Under the pieces are notes generated by a model, which was given only the letters and a program-made list of their open reading frames with translations, searched no databases and had not been told where the DNA came from. From positions 96,001 to 160,000 of the IMG/VR virus record IMGVR_UViG_3300005326_000040: 64,000 nucleotides of DNA, one strand, 5' to 3'. Numbering within the stretch: the first letter of the stretch is position 1; every line of letters starts with the position of its first letter. The position numbers were made by a program, and so were the translations under genes. This stretch comes from a virus. Taxonomy: Duplodnaviria; Caudoviricetes. Shown piece by piece: positions 53,685 through 63,133 of the stretch.

Positions 53685-54248
53685 ATGGGCGCTGATGGTG
53701 GCGTGAATTGGGTTAAATTAAGAGATGACAATCCGGAAACGCGAGCAGAATTTGTAAAGCTAATTGAGTTTTTAGGTTTATGGTGGCGCAATTATCACGA
53801 GGATGAACATCACGAATGGTTGGACAGCGAAGACGCCAGCTTCTTGAACAAAGGAAGCTATTATTTCTCTACGTATGGAACCGATCAATACGACGACGGC
53901 AACGGAATGGAAACGTTGCAGGAAATTCTGTCAGAATGTGACAACTGCACTGATGACACAATAACATTTGTGGACATTCTGTGGGGTGCGTTGACTGATC
54001 CTTTCCCTTCTGATGGTTTTGGTTATGGCGGGCCATGTCCAACCTTAGGCGCAAAGCTAAAATACTTAGTTAAATTTTATAGTTTGATTACATTTGGAGG
54101 CAAATCTTTTGAAAAGAACTTAGACAAAGCTGTTGATGACTTTGTTCAAGCCAATCCAATCATGAATATGAGCGTAGTGGAATGGAAAAATAAGGTTTAT
54201 AAGTTGATTGTAAAGAATAGTTTCGGCGAACAAGAAACCTGGACATAA
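53685..54248 (+). CDS. hypothetical protein (MGADGG)
   Basis: ORF in run. Confidence 0.75.
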   Translation: MGADGGVNWVKLRDDNPETRAEFVKLIEFLGLWWRNYHEDEHHEWLDSEDASFLNKGSYYFSTYGTDQYDDGNGMETLQEILSECDNCTDDTITFVDILWGALTDPFPSDGFGYGGPCPTLGAKLKYLVKFYSLITFGGKSFEKNLDKAVDDFVQANPIMNMSVVEWKNKVYKLIVKNSFGEQETWT

Positions 54249-54538
54249 TGGATAAGCTTCACATCGGAACACATAGAGCGCACTGTTGTAGAAAACATGG
54301 GTGCAAATATGGAAATGATGACTGCCCTGTGGTTTCTGGAGCGGTAAAGCAATTGTATTCATGTGAAAGAGGCAATATTAATGATGATGATTGTTACCAT
54401 AAAACTATTGTAGCAGCTAAGCTGAATGAAAAGCAATGTAGTCTTGATATTACTTTTGATGACGGGTCTGGGTTTTCTCTAGTATTGACTACCGGTGCGT
54501 TTGACTTGCTTAAAGAAAAACTGCGCCTGGAGAAGTGA
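54248..54538 (+). CDS. Cys/His-rich phage protein (HCCRKHGCKYG...CPV)
   Basis: TAATG overlap. Confidence 0.75.
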   Translation: MDKLHIGTHRAHCCRKHGCKYGNDDCPVVSGAVKQLYSCERGNINDDDCYHKTIVAAKLNEKQCSLDITFDDGSGFSLVLTTGAFDLLKEKLRLEK

Positions 54539-54541
54539 ACA

Positions 54542-54787
54542 ATGGTTTCTCTTCTAGAAGAAGTCATTCATATTCTATCTAAGACTGAGGGCGATGTACA
54601 AGCTCAAGCGCGAGAGCTAATTGAATATCTCAACCTGCGCCCCATAAAAAACGACGAAGAACATTTTGTAGCTTTGAGGGAAGTTGAAAGATTGTGGGAA
54701 TCAGAATCAGGAACACCTGAGGGTGACCGTTTTGAGACGCTTTCCATTCTGATTGATGAATATGAAAAGAAGACTTTCCCCATGTAA
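54542..54787 (+). CDS. HigA-like antitoxin N-terminal domain only (no HTH)
   Basis: RPIKNDEEH..AL.EVE.LW....GTPEGDRFE.L..LIDEYEKKTFP then stop. Confidence 0.7.
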   Translation: MVSLLEEVIHILSKTEGDVQAQARELIEYLNLRPIKNDEEHFVALREVERLWESESGTPEGDRFETLSILIDEYEKKTFPM

Positions 54788-54802
54788 CCTGGATGATGAA
54801 TC

Positions 54803-55222
54803 TTGCAAAAACAAAAGCAAATAAAAGTTATTGGCTTAGAGCCTGAGCAAGAGCCTATAGTTAAATACATCGACGAGAATGATGAGTGTTTTCACGGCAG
54901 AAGAATACTGTCTTATCATATTGCGAAGTATGAGTCTAAGCGCGATATTTATTTGCTCACTGAAAATTCTATTTGGTTTGATGCGGGAACGCCACTGCGA
55001 AGCAATTATTACTTTACAATTTTTTCATACACGGAAAATATTCTACGTGAAATGAAAAAAGCAAGCGGAACGATTGTGGTTTGGGATAAAAATTCAACAA
55101 GCAATAACCCACACTTTAATATATGTATTGGATGGTCATCTTTGACGTGTCAAGATATCGAATTTTTGTTCAACTTGATTTCTAAGATACACCCAAAAAA
55201 CCCAGATAGTTCTGTCGGGTAG
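54803..55222 (+). CDS. DUF3846-like protein
   Basis: IKVIGLEPEQEPIVKYID...GTIVV...SLTCQDI; TTG start. Confidence 0.55.
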   Translation: MQKQKQIKVIGLEPEQEPIVKYIDENDECFHGRRILSYHIAKYESKRDIYLLTENSIWFDAGTPLRSNYYFTIFSYTENILREMKKASGTIVVWDKNSTSNNPHFNICIGWSSLTCQDIEFLFNLISKIHPKNPDSSVG

Positions 55223-55249
55223 ATATTACGTTTCTAATATCGTTCTTAT

Positions 55250-56302
55250 ATGGAACGAAAATTAGCTTCAATTCAAAAAGTATCTGAATTATTTCCAATT
55301 GAGGGCGCAGATAAAATCGAAGGATGTAGCGTCCTAGGTTGGCAATGTGTTGTTCAAAAAGGTGAATTCAAGCCTGGAGATATAGGAGTCTACTTTGAAA
55401 TAGACTCTGTTCTCCCTAGCGATAAACCTGAGTTTGCTTTTCTTGAGCCTAGAAAATATAGAATTCGCACTATCCGTTTACGCAAGCAAATTGCCCAGGG
55501 CTTAATGCTTCCCCTGAGCAAAATCACTTACGCCGATCTATCTTCCTTTCAAGAAGGCGATGACGTAACAGAATTGCTTGGGGTTCAGAAGTATGAACCA
55601 CCAGAAGAGAGTGAAGACGGAGCCAACTTCCGTTCTCGTCGGCGAGGAGTCTTTCCTTCTTTCCTTAGAAAGACTGATGAATTAAGAATTCAAAGTGTTC
55701 CAGGTTTTCTAGACCGTCATCGTGGTAAGACTTTTTATGCTACTGAAAAGGTGGATGGAAGCTCAGTTACGCTTTTCTATCTTCAAGATGCTTTATACGG
55801 GAAAGAGTCGGGATACTTTGGCGTTTGTTCTCGTAACATGGAAGTAATGAAAGATGACGGCGACTCTTATCGCAATGCTTTTTGGGAAGCCGTAGAGAAT
55901 TTTGATTTGGAAAACAAGATAAAATCCCTTGGTGCAAACATTTGTGTACAAGGCGAGCTTGTAGGTACAGGTATTCAAAAAAACAAATACAAGCTAACAG
56001 ATAGAAAGATTTTCTTATACAGTGCTTATGACGTTGTAACACAACGTTACATCAATCGCGATAGCTTGGTGCAGATAGCAAACGCTTTAGGTCTTGACAC
56101 GGTTCCGATGTTGGGTGAATTTGTTTTGAATCATACGGTTTCAGAGCTTGTGGAGATGTCTAGAGGATATAGCAAGCTCAATCCTGCAACGTTGCGAGAA
56201 GGAATTGTTTGTCGGCCTATTGAGGAATGCGGTGACCCTGAAACTGGACGAGCCAGTTTCAAAGCTATCCAGCCAGAATTTCTTTTAAAGTACGCTGAAT
56301 GA
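55250..56302 (+). CDS. RNA ligase, DRB0094/Rnl2 family
   Basis: RKLASIQ...IEGAD.I, TEKVDGSS, CSRN, QGELVG.GIQ.N.Y, REG.V, FKAI. Confidence 0.92.
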   Translation: MERKLASIQKVSELFPIEGADKIEGCSVLGWQCVVQKGEFKPGDIGVYFEIDSVLPSDKPEFAFLEPRKYRIRTIRLRKQIAQGLMLPLSKITYADLSSFQEGDDVTELLGVQKYEPPEESEDGANFRSRRRGVFPSFLRKTDELRIQSVPGFLDRHRGKTFYATEKVDGSSVTLFYLQDALYGKESGYFGVCSRNMEVMKDDGDSYRNAFWEAVENFDLENKIKSLGANICVQGELVGTGIQKNKYKLTDRKIFLYSAYDVVTQRYINRDSLVQIANALGLDTVPMLGEFVLNHTVSELVEMSRGYSKLNPATLREGIVCRPIEECGDPETGRASFKAIQPEFLLKYAE

Positions 56303-56308
56303 AAAACA

Positions 56309-56554
56309 ATGACAACAACTGGAACAATAGTTGTGATAGCTGTTTGTTTGCTGATAGGCTTTCCTATCCTATTGTTTTTGTTGTATGATGCGTATTGTCT
56401 ATTGAAGAATAAATCAAAACGTTGTTCAGCGTGTGCTCGTTGGCGACGACCAAATAATCCCGAGTATCCTTTTTGTTCAGAATTTTGCAGATATCGTTTC
56501 GAGCGAATCAGGGGATATAAACATCCTGATTACAAAGCTTCTGACGCTGGTTAA
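56309..56554 (+). CDS. membrane protein with CxxC..FCSEFC (DNA gyrase inhibitor YacG-like) finger
   Basis: TM then CSAC...YPFCSEFC. Confidence 0.55.
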   Translation: MTTTGTIVVIAVCLLIGFPILLFLLYDAYCLLKNKSKRCSACARWRRPNNPEYPFCSEFCRYRFERIRGYKHPDYKASDAG

Positions 56555-56558
56555 ATAG

Positions 56559-56861
56559 ATGAATCCTACAAGACGCGAAGCTCTTTTGGCTATGGGATAT
56601 CGTGAGGTTCAACCTAAACGCTGGCTAAAGCCAGTAGGGTACGTTTGTTTTAGTTATACTGAAAGTAGTAACGAGTGGGCCAACTGGTTTCTTGATGCTC
56701 AAGGAAAGATAGCCTGTTGGGAAAGAAAATCATTTGAAGATAATCCAGAGCGTTATGGATATTACATTCACCAACTAAAAGAATTTGAATGTTGGACCAG
56801 AATGAGTGATTTCTATATTAATGGTAATTCGCAATTCCATCTTCGCGCAATAGATATTTAG
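56559..56861 (+). CDS. hypothetical protein
   Basis: ORF in run. Confidence 0.75.
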   Translation: MNPTRREALLAMGYREVQPKRWLKPVGYVCFSYTESSNEWANWFLDAQGKIACWERKSFEDNPERYGYYIHQLKEFECWTRMSDFYINGNSQFHLRAIDI

Positions 56862-56887
56862 TTAGCATTTCTTAGGAACACATTGGG

Positions 56888-57403
56888 ATGTCCAAAGATT
56901 TCAAAATTAAACGTTCAGGTGTAGCGATTGCGATGTTGCATACGTGCAAGAGTGTATTTTTTCACGACAAAAGAGAACCGCGCGGAGGTTCAGTGAATAC
57001 ACTAGAAGAGTTGAAGGCAGAAGTCGTCAAGCAAACTACAGAGCAATTGTTGATTGACGCAATGAATTTTGCAATTTCTAAGGGTGTTCGCATCAATCGT
57101 GGTGGAGCAATCTTTCATCGTAATAATGATTGGAAGATTGTAAGTTGTAATGCTCTTGGGGCTGTGCTTTGTTTGATTGGCGCGGAAGATTTGGTCAAGG
57201 AGGAATTCAATCCTGACTGGAGAACAGCCGTTCTTTCTTATCTAGGCGAAGATGAGATGTGGCTTTGGAGATTTATTTCCGGATTTGATTACGGCGTTGA
57301 GTTGACATTTATTTCAGAATGTCCCGGTCATTCCCACGAAGAAAAGGATAAGGTTTCTCGACTTGGGAATAAATTGGGAAAGAAGTTTGTACCGGTAGGA
57401 TAA
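56888..57403 (+). CDS. hypothetical protein
   Basis: 171-aa ORF. Confidence 0.8.
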   Translation: MSKDFKIKRSGVAIAMLHTCKSVFFHDKREPRGGSVNTLEELKAEVVKQTTEQLLIDAMNFAISKGVRINRGGAIFHRNNDWKIVSCNALGAVLCLIGAEDLVKEEFNPDWRTAVLSYLGEDEMWLWRFISGFDYGVELTFISECPGHSHEEKDKVSRLGNKLGKKFVPVG

Positions 57404-57404
57404 A

Positions 57405-57596
57405 ATGGAAATCAAATCACAATCATCCAATCCTGATACGCGGAATATGCGTTATGTTACAGTTCACGGAACAGTTTATTTCCGAGCCGAAGATGTTATT
57501 AGTTACATTATGGATATTGCAAGCACAGAAGAGACTGACGTGAAAAATCGTTTTGAGTTGGCGGCAAAAAAAATCCAAGCAATGATTACCAAGTAG
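57405..57596 (+). CDS. hypothetical protein
   Basis: AGGA RBS. Confidence 0.7.
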   Translation: MEIKSQSSNPDTRNMRYVTVHGTVYFRAEDVISYIMDIASTEETDVKNRFELAAKKIQAMITK

Positions 57597-57603
57597 ATTG
57601 TAA

Positions 57604-58047
57604 ATGACCGACGCTATTACATTATTCCGAGGCAAGCACTTCTTCCTTTCCAATTTCTATCCCGAGCCTATGGTTTTTGAAGGGATAGAATACGCCTCCT
57701 CTGAACATGCTTATCAAGCTCAAAAGACTACGACGAAACGTGAGCGAGATATGGTTCGTAAGGAACCTCATCCCGCTGGGGCGAAGAAGCTTGCTTTATT
57801 TATAGATAAGAGAGAAGATTGGAAAGATGTAAGATTAGACATTATGCGTAGGATTCTACGCGCTAAGTTTTCCAATCCAGTATTGAGGCAGATGTTGCTC
57901 GACACTGGAGATGCGGAAATCATTCATAATAACAAACATAAAGAATTTTTCTGGGGCGTTTGTAATGAACATGGATTGAATATGTTAGGAAAGCTTTTGA
58001 TGGAGCTTCGACAAGAGATTAGAGATTCTCCGGAAGAGGAATGGTAA
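57604..58047 (+). CDS. NADAR (YbiA-like) ADP-ribosyl/N-glycosidase
   Basis: FLSNFY, SEHAYQAQK, W..VR..IM...KF...L..LL.TG, FWG, N.LGKLLMELR. Confidence 0.9.
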   Translation: MTDAITLFRGKHFFLSNFYPEPMVFEGIEYASSEHAYQAQKTTTKRERDMVRKEPHPAGAKKLALFIDKREDWKDVRLDIMRRILRAKFSNPVLRQMLLDTGDAEIIHNNKHKEFFWGVCNEHGLNMLGKLLMELRQEIRDSPEEEW

Positions 58048-58051
58048 AGAT

Positions 58052-58513
58052 ATGATCAAATATCTCAAAGGCGATGCAACTTATCCTCAAGGCGAAGGTA
58101 ATAAAATTATCGCGCATGTTTGTAATGACCAGGGAGGCTGGGGACGCGGGTTCGTTCTTGCTGTTTCAAAAAGATGGAAGGAGCCCGAGAAAACATATAG
58201 ACATTTGTTTCAAAATGGTTACGCGTATCTTGGTCAAGTTCAAAGCGTTAAGGTTGAACCAGATATTTGGGTAATGAATATGTTTGCCCAACGCGGATAC
58301 AAGACAACAAATAATCCTGTGCCGCTTTCTTATATCGCTCTTGAAGAATGCCTTACAACTGTTTGTGCTTCTTCTGTTAGTTTGAAGGCGACTGTTCACA
58401 TGCCTCGAATCGGGGCTGGGCTTGGGGGTGCCGACTGGAGTAGAATTGAAGCGATAATCAACGATATCTTCCGAGACGTTGATGTCTTTGTATATGACTT
58501 CCAGCCGAGATAA
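58052..58513 (+). CDS. macrodomain (Poa1p/TARG1-like) ADP-ribose hydrolase
   Basis: KGDAT, IAHVCND.GGWGRGF, HMPRIGAGLGGADW. Confidence 0.9.
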   Translation: MIKYLKGDATYPQGEGNKIIAHVCNDQGGWGRGFVLAVSKRWKEPEKTYRHLFQNGYAYLGQVQSVKVEPDIWVMNMFAQRGYKTTNNPVPLSYIALEECLTTVCASSVSLKATVHMPRIGAGLGGADWSRIEAIINDIFRDVDVFVYDFQPR

Positions 58514-58580
58514 ATAAATTCAACAATTTTTGCAACCCTAAGAACTTGGGCTAGGGTGTTGGAGAGATCGGGAAAATTCT

Positions 58581-59513
58581 ATGCGAATTGCCTGGATAAC
58601 GGACCCACATTTACTTTTTCTCTCAGAAGAAGTGCAGGAACAAAATGCAAATGAAATCTCTTTTCTCTACGGCCAAGGTCTCAAAAATGATCTTTCTCTT
58701 CTGGTTGCGGAGAAAAATGCAGAAATTCTGGCCCACAAAATAAATGACAGGAAAGTAGATTGCGCTATCATTACGGGAGATATCTCAGAGTTTCCACAAC
58801 TCGAAAAGATTTTCGAGACGTTCAATAGAATCGTAACCGTTCCTGTATACTACGTTCACGGGAATCACGACGCCTATCATGCCTCATTTGAAAAGCTTTA
58901 TCATCTATCTAATTCGCATCCTTTTTCCAAAGTAATTTGGGCGCAAAAAGGAATTTTCAAACTGTCAGATAAGATTTGTTTGACAGGACATGATGGGTTT
59001 TATGATGGACGTTTTGGTGATTTTTTTGGTGTTCGTCACGGTGGGTGGGCTATGGGGGGTGATAACACCTTCACCATGCCTGATTGGACACAGATCGAAG
59101 AGATGGCGGCACTCAAAGGAAATCGAGAACTAATCTACGATTTCATTACCCGTAAAGGGGATGACGCCGCTCAACATCTAAAGGACGTGGTAAGGAAAGC
59201 TGCGCAGACCTACGACACTATCATACATATTACCCATGTTCCTCCGTTTCAGCAATGTTCTAGAACCGATAATGGTGATGTTTCCCCTCAAAACAGTTTG
59301 CCTTTCTTTTCTTGCAAAGCAACAACGGATGCTTTGTTAGACTTGGTTGATGAGTTTCCGGACAAAAAGATTATTGTGTTTGCCGGGCACACTCATGCAC
59401 AAGCAGCGCTTATGTTAGAAAACATTGAGGTATATGTAGCTGGCGCTATATACTATGAGCCAGACGTATACTGTACTGTCGAAATTGACGAAGACGGGAC
59501 TGTCCGTTTCTAG
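58581..59513 (+). CDS. CpdA/Icc-like metallophosphoesterase
   Basis: ITDPH, ITGDIS, GNHD, THVPP, GHTH. Confidence 0.85.
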   Translation: MRIAWITDPHLLFLSEEVQEQNANEISFLYGQGLKNDLSLLVAEKNAEILAHKINDRKVDCAIITGDISEFPQLEKIFETFNRIVTVPVYYVHGNHDAYHASFEKLYHLSNSHPFSKVIWAQKGIFKLSDKICLTGHDGFYDGRFGDFFGVRHGGWAMGGDNTFTMPDWTQIEEMAALKGNRELIYDFITRKGDDAAQHLKDVVRKAAQTYDTIIHITHVPPFQQCSRTDNGDVSPQNSLPFFSCKATTDALLDLVDEFPDKKIIVFAGHTHAQAALMLENIEVYVAGAIYYEPDVYCTVEIDEDGTVRF

Positions 59514-59528
59514 ACTATAAGATATAAC

Positions 59529-59900
59529 ATGAACATATGGAATTGTTTCAAGGAAGCTTTTTCTGTAGCGGTGGCTAAGGAAGACCATCGAGGCTTCTTG
59601 ATTGGTGCGCTAGGAATTAGAAGTGACGGAGTTAAGGTCATGAGCGCTAATGGGCCTGTTCTTATTAGCGATAAATGTAAACACAAGAATACTTATCGGC
59701 GCGCTCACGCAGAATATAGGCTCTGTCAAAAGATTGACAAGGGCGCTACAATTTTTGTAGTGCGCATTGGTAAGAGCGATGGTAAGTATAAGCTGGCAAA
59801 GCCTTGTCCGGCTTGTCAAATTGTACTTAGAAGCAAGCAAGTAGCGAAAGTGTATTACACCATCAGTGAAAACGAATATGGTGTAATGGAATTTGATTAA
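59529..59900 (+). CDS. zinc-dependent cytidine-deaminase-fold protein
   Basis: HAE ... PCPAC ... VYYT. Confidence 0.85.
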   Translation: MNIWNCFKEAFSVAVAKEDHRGFLIGALGIRSDGVKVMSANGPVLISDKCKHKNTYRRAHAEYRLCQKIDKGATIFVVRIGKSDGKYKLAKPCPACQIVLRSKQVAKVYYTISENEYGVMEFD

Positions 59901-59978
59901 TGGCAGCGAAAATTTCCGCGCTGAAATAGAACTTCGACCCAAAAATCTGTAGCTTTTTCGCGGCTTACGCCATCTTGC

Positions 59979-60006
59979 TTGACAATCAAAATGAGAAATG
60001 GATAAT
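59979..60006 (+). promoter_or_regulatory. sigma70-like promoter
   Basis: TTGACA-16nt-GATAAT. Confidence 0.55.
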
Positions 60007-60140
60007 GAGCCATGAGTCAGGCTGTCGTTTATTTTATGATGCGAATGATGAAAATCATCAAGAGAGGAGTTGAACAATACAGCAAGGGGTAGAGATGATT
60101 TACGTTATTTTTCTGAAGGCTGTGAAGAAAGAAAAGTTCA

Positions 60141-61658
60141 ATGATGAACCGTGATGATCTGTATAATAAGCTTATTTGTCTTCTTTGGATGTCATCTCCG
60201 TATCCTGGTGAACGTGAAGTAATCGAAGAGGATCTCCCCGCTGGTGGTGAGTGGGATGAATTTGGCAACTATATTATCAATCAAATGGGTACAGCAGAAA
60301 ATCCGTCCAAGACTCTTTTTGCGTGCCATATGGATACGGTTGGTTCAACCAGCTTGTTTGTAAACCCAACTTACGATCAAGGGTTTTTGAAGGTTGGAAG
60401 TTCTCACGCCGCGTGTCTGGGCGGAGACGACCGTTGTGGTATCCTTGTTCTTAGCGCTTTGATTGACGCGGGAGTTCCGGGCTACTATATCTTCCATAAG
60501 GGAGAAGAAAGGGGCAAGCTTGGGGCTGAGTATATTGCGAAGTCCACTGACCTTACTTGCTTTGACCGAGCCATTGAATTTGATCGACGTGGCGTTAGCT
60601 CGGTCATTACAGAGATGATGAGCGGTCAGGTTTGTAGCCCTGAGTTTGCAACTGCGCTTTGCGCGGAGTTGAATCTGAACTTGCCGGAGAAGGCTCGACG
60701 TTTTGCGCCGGACCCTACTGGAAGTTATACGGACGTTGTCGAATACAAGAAGATGGTTGCAGAAGTAACCAACGTGTCTGTTGGATATTTCAGCGAGCAT
60801 TCGGCAAAAGAAGAAATCAATGTTCTTTGGCTTATTGATTGTTTGATTCCTGCGCTTTTGAAAGTTCGCTGGGAAGACCTTCCGACGAGGCGTGACCCAA
60901 AAGCCGTGACGAATTTTGGGACTGGCTCGGGGCATACTAGATATTCCGGACATTCCGGACATTATGGAGGATATACCGGAGGAAGCAACTATAGCAGTAG
61001 TTCAAGCGCTTCCTCTTCGTCGAAGCAGTCGTCAACAACTCAGAGCCCCACTCAGCACGGAGGTAGTGGTCAGAAGACCTCCAACAAAAGTAAGCACAGC
61101 AAGCATGACACTCGTGCCAGCGCGCGAAGTTCAAAAGAGCATGAGCGAGACTACACTTACTTGTCCGCCTCGAAGATGTGGGTTCCAAAAGTTCATAAGC
61201 AAGATGCTTACGTTTCTTGGGATGACATCGACCTAAATGGGGCTGCGCATGATCGGTGGGCGGCAAATGACAGCGACGCGCCCACGAACGAGCATATTGA
61301 CACTGGTGATAATGCAGCCAGTTTCGCAGCGTGCAGCAGATGTAAGAAAGAAGATTTTGTGTATGAGTACTCAAGCGTTGTTGACCCGTTAGGTCTTCTT
61401 ACAGCGGAAGGCGGGCCAACGTTGCTTTGCGAAGATTGTTATGTTGCACAGTTGACAGAAGATGAAGAAGAAGAAATTAAAGAACTAAACGCTAAAGCGG
61501 ACAAAGAAGAAGCTGAGATTAACAAAGAAGCCGCAGCAGAAGCCAAAGCTGACGGTGGCGAAGAAGTGCCCGTGCTTGGGCTCAATGATATTGCTGAGGC
61601 GGAATCTGCTTGGATCAAAGAAGCACAAGACGCCGATTGTTCTGACTTTGTTCACTAA
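60141..61658 (+). CDS. M28/M20-like zinc peptidase with low-complexity acidic C-terminus
   Basis: HMDTV, LGGDDRCG, GEERG, FDRRG, YTD, NVSVGY..EH. Confidence 0.8.
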   Translation: MMNRDDLYNKLICLLWMSSPYPGEREVIEEDLPAGGEWDEFGNYIINQMGTAENPSKTLFACHMDTVGSTSLFVNPTYDQGFLKVGSSHAACLGGDDRCGILVLSALIDAGVPGYYIFHKGEERGKLGAEYIAKSTDLTCFDRAIEFDRRGVSSVITEMMSGQVCSPEFATALCAELNLNLPEKARRFAPDPTGSYTDVVEYKKMVAEVTNVSVGYFSEHSAKEEINVLWLIDCLIPALLKVRWEDLPTRRDPKAVTNFGTGSGHTRYSGHSGHYGGYTGGSNYSSSSSASSSSKQSSTTQSPTQHGGSGQKTSNKSKHSKHDTRASARSSKEHERDYTYLSASKMWVPKVHKQDAYVSWDDIDLNGAAHDRWAANDSDAPTNEHIDTGDNAASFAACSRCKKEDFVYEYSSVVDPLGLLTAEGGPTLLCEDCYVAQLTEDEEEEIKELNAKADKEEAEINKEAAAEAKADGGEEVPVLGLNDIAEAESAWIKEAQDADCSDFVH

Positions 61659-61690
61659 TATGTGCTGAAACAAAGCAAGGAAAGAATACC

Positions 61691-63133
61691 ATGAATAAGC
61701 TTTTGAAGGATCGTGTTCGTCTTGTTCGCGGGATGGTTATTGGTTTGGATGTTCTTGCTACAGATACTTGTTTGGCTTCTACTTATAAAGACAAGCATAA
61801 TGAATACGTAACTCACTTTGTTGATGCGGTCAAAGCCGTTCGTAAGGATGAGGCCGGTCATTTCCTCTCAGTTTCGCACGAAGCTGAATGTCAGATTTCG
61901 TATGCTCGGCGTCCCGAGGATAAGTATCATGACATGAGGCGTGTACGCTCAAGCCTCGGTCGTTATTTCAGGAGGAATTTCAACTTCGAAAATATTCCTG
62001 ACGCTGTTTTGGATAAGTTTGTCAGTGTCGTATGGGCTGAGACAGACCATTATCTGGTTGACCCTAAGTTTTATTACGGTCAGCAGATTACTGAGTGGTA
62101 CAAGAATTTCGGAAGTTCCGATCGAAAGTCTTGTATGACGGGCGCTGAAAGCGTAAAGACTGAAATTTACGCTAAGAACCCTGATAAGGTAGCTTTGTTG
62201 ATTTGGAGTGGATTGCGCGCTCTTCTTTGGACTTGCGATGACGGCACGAAGGTGTTGGATCGTACGTATCCTAGCGGTCACGGGAAGATTCCGACCCTTC
62301 GTCAGTGGGCTAGCAAGAAGGGCTATGTGTTGAGGGTCAATCCCGATAAGTTGGAGGATAGGGATACCATTCAGTTGAGCGATAATAGTATTCGTCAGGT
62401 TACTCTGAACAAGCCGGAGCTTTATCCTTATATTGATACCTTCCCTTATGGCAAGATTAAGGGAGATAAGGTTGTGTTGACGAATGCGCGAAATGGCGCA
62501 GACATGTTTGCTCATCAGACCAACGGGTCTGTTGTTTATTACAACTCCAGGCGCTGTCATCATTGTGACAATGACGTGCGCAGCGGCACCGGAGAGCATG
62601 AGTTTGCTGGGCGCATCTACTGTGGTCACTGCATTAACGTTGTAAGCGGAATGTGCAGCCATTGTGGCGGGCGGTTCCGGACGCGTGAGTTGGTAGGTGT
62701 TGACGGCCACAATTATTGTTCTTCTTGTCTTTCAGAAGAATGTGGGACGTGTCCTCGTTGTGAGGAAACTCATACCCTTGATAACATGATTAGGAATCAG
62801 GATACGGAAGATTACTATTGCGAAAATTGTGCCGAAGAACATCTTGGACATTGTAATGCGTGTGGAAACCACATGAATCGCGATAGCCTCGTTCAGAATG
62901 CGGACGATTTGGATCAGCGTCTTTGTGGCGAATGTAGAATGACTTGCAGAGAGTGCGACCATATTATTGAATATGTTGAAGGCGGCGGAATCTGTCAGCG
63001 CTGCGAAAACGGTCACTCTATTGAAACGCCTGCTGCTGTTCAAGAGCCAACAGCCACTCAGGTTTCTGCTGCGCTTAACGCGCTTATTGTAGCAGCAACG
63101 TCGAATCCAGACACCGAAAATGAGGTATTCTAG
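61691..63133 (+). CDS. SCM..NP..RALLW..DR.Y domain protein with multi-CxxC zinc-ribbon array
   Basis: KSCMTG...YAKNPDKV...RALLW...LDRTY; more than 8 CxxC. Confidence 0.85.
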   Translation: MNKLLKDRVRLVRGMVIGLDVLATDTCLASTYKDKHNEYVTHFVDAVKAVRKDEAGHFLSVSHEAECQISYARRPEDKYHDMRRVRSSLGRYFRRNFNFENIPDAVLDKFVSVVWAETDHYLVDPKFYYGQQITEWYKNFGSSDRKSCMTGAESVKTEIYAKNPDKVALLIWSGLRALLWTCDDGTKVLDRTYPSGHGKIPTLRQWASKKGYVLRVNPDKLEDRDTIQLSDNSIRQVTLNKPELYPYIDTFPYGKIKGDKVVLTNARNGADMFAHQTNGSVVYYNSRRCHHCDNDVRSGTGEHEFAGRIYCGHCINVVSGMCSHCGGRFRTRELVGVDGHNYCSSCLSEECGTCPRCEETHTLDNMIRNQDTEDYYCENCAEEHLGHCNACGNHMNRDSLVQNADDLDQRLCGECRMTCRECDHIIEYVEGGGICQRCENGHSIETPAAVQEPTATQVSAALNALIVAATSNPDTENEVF

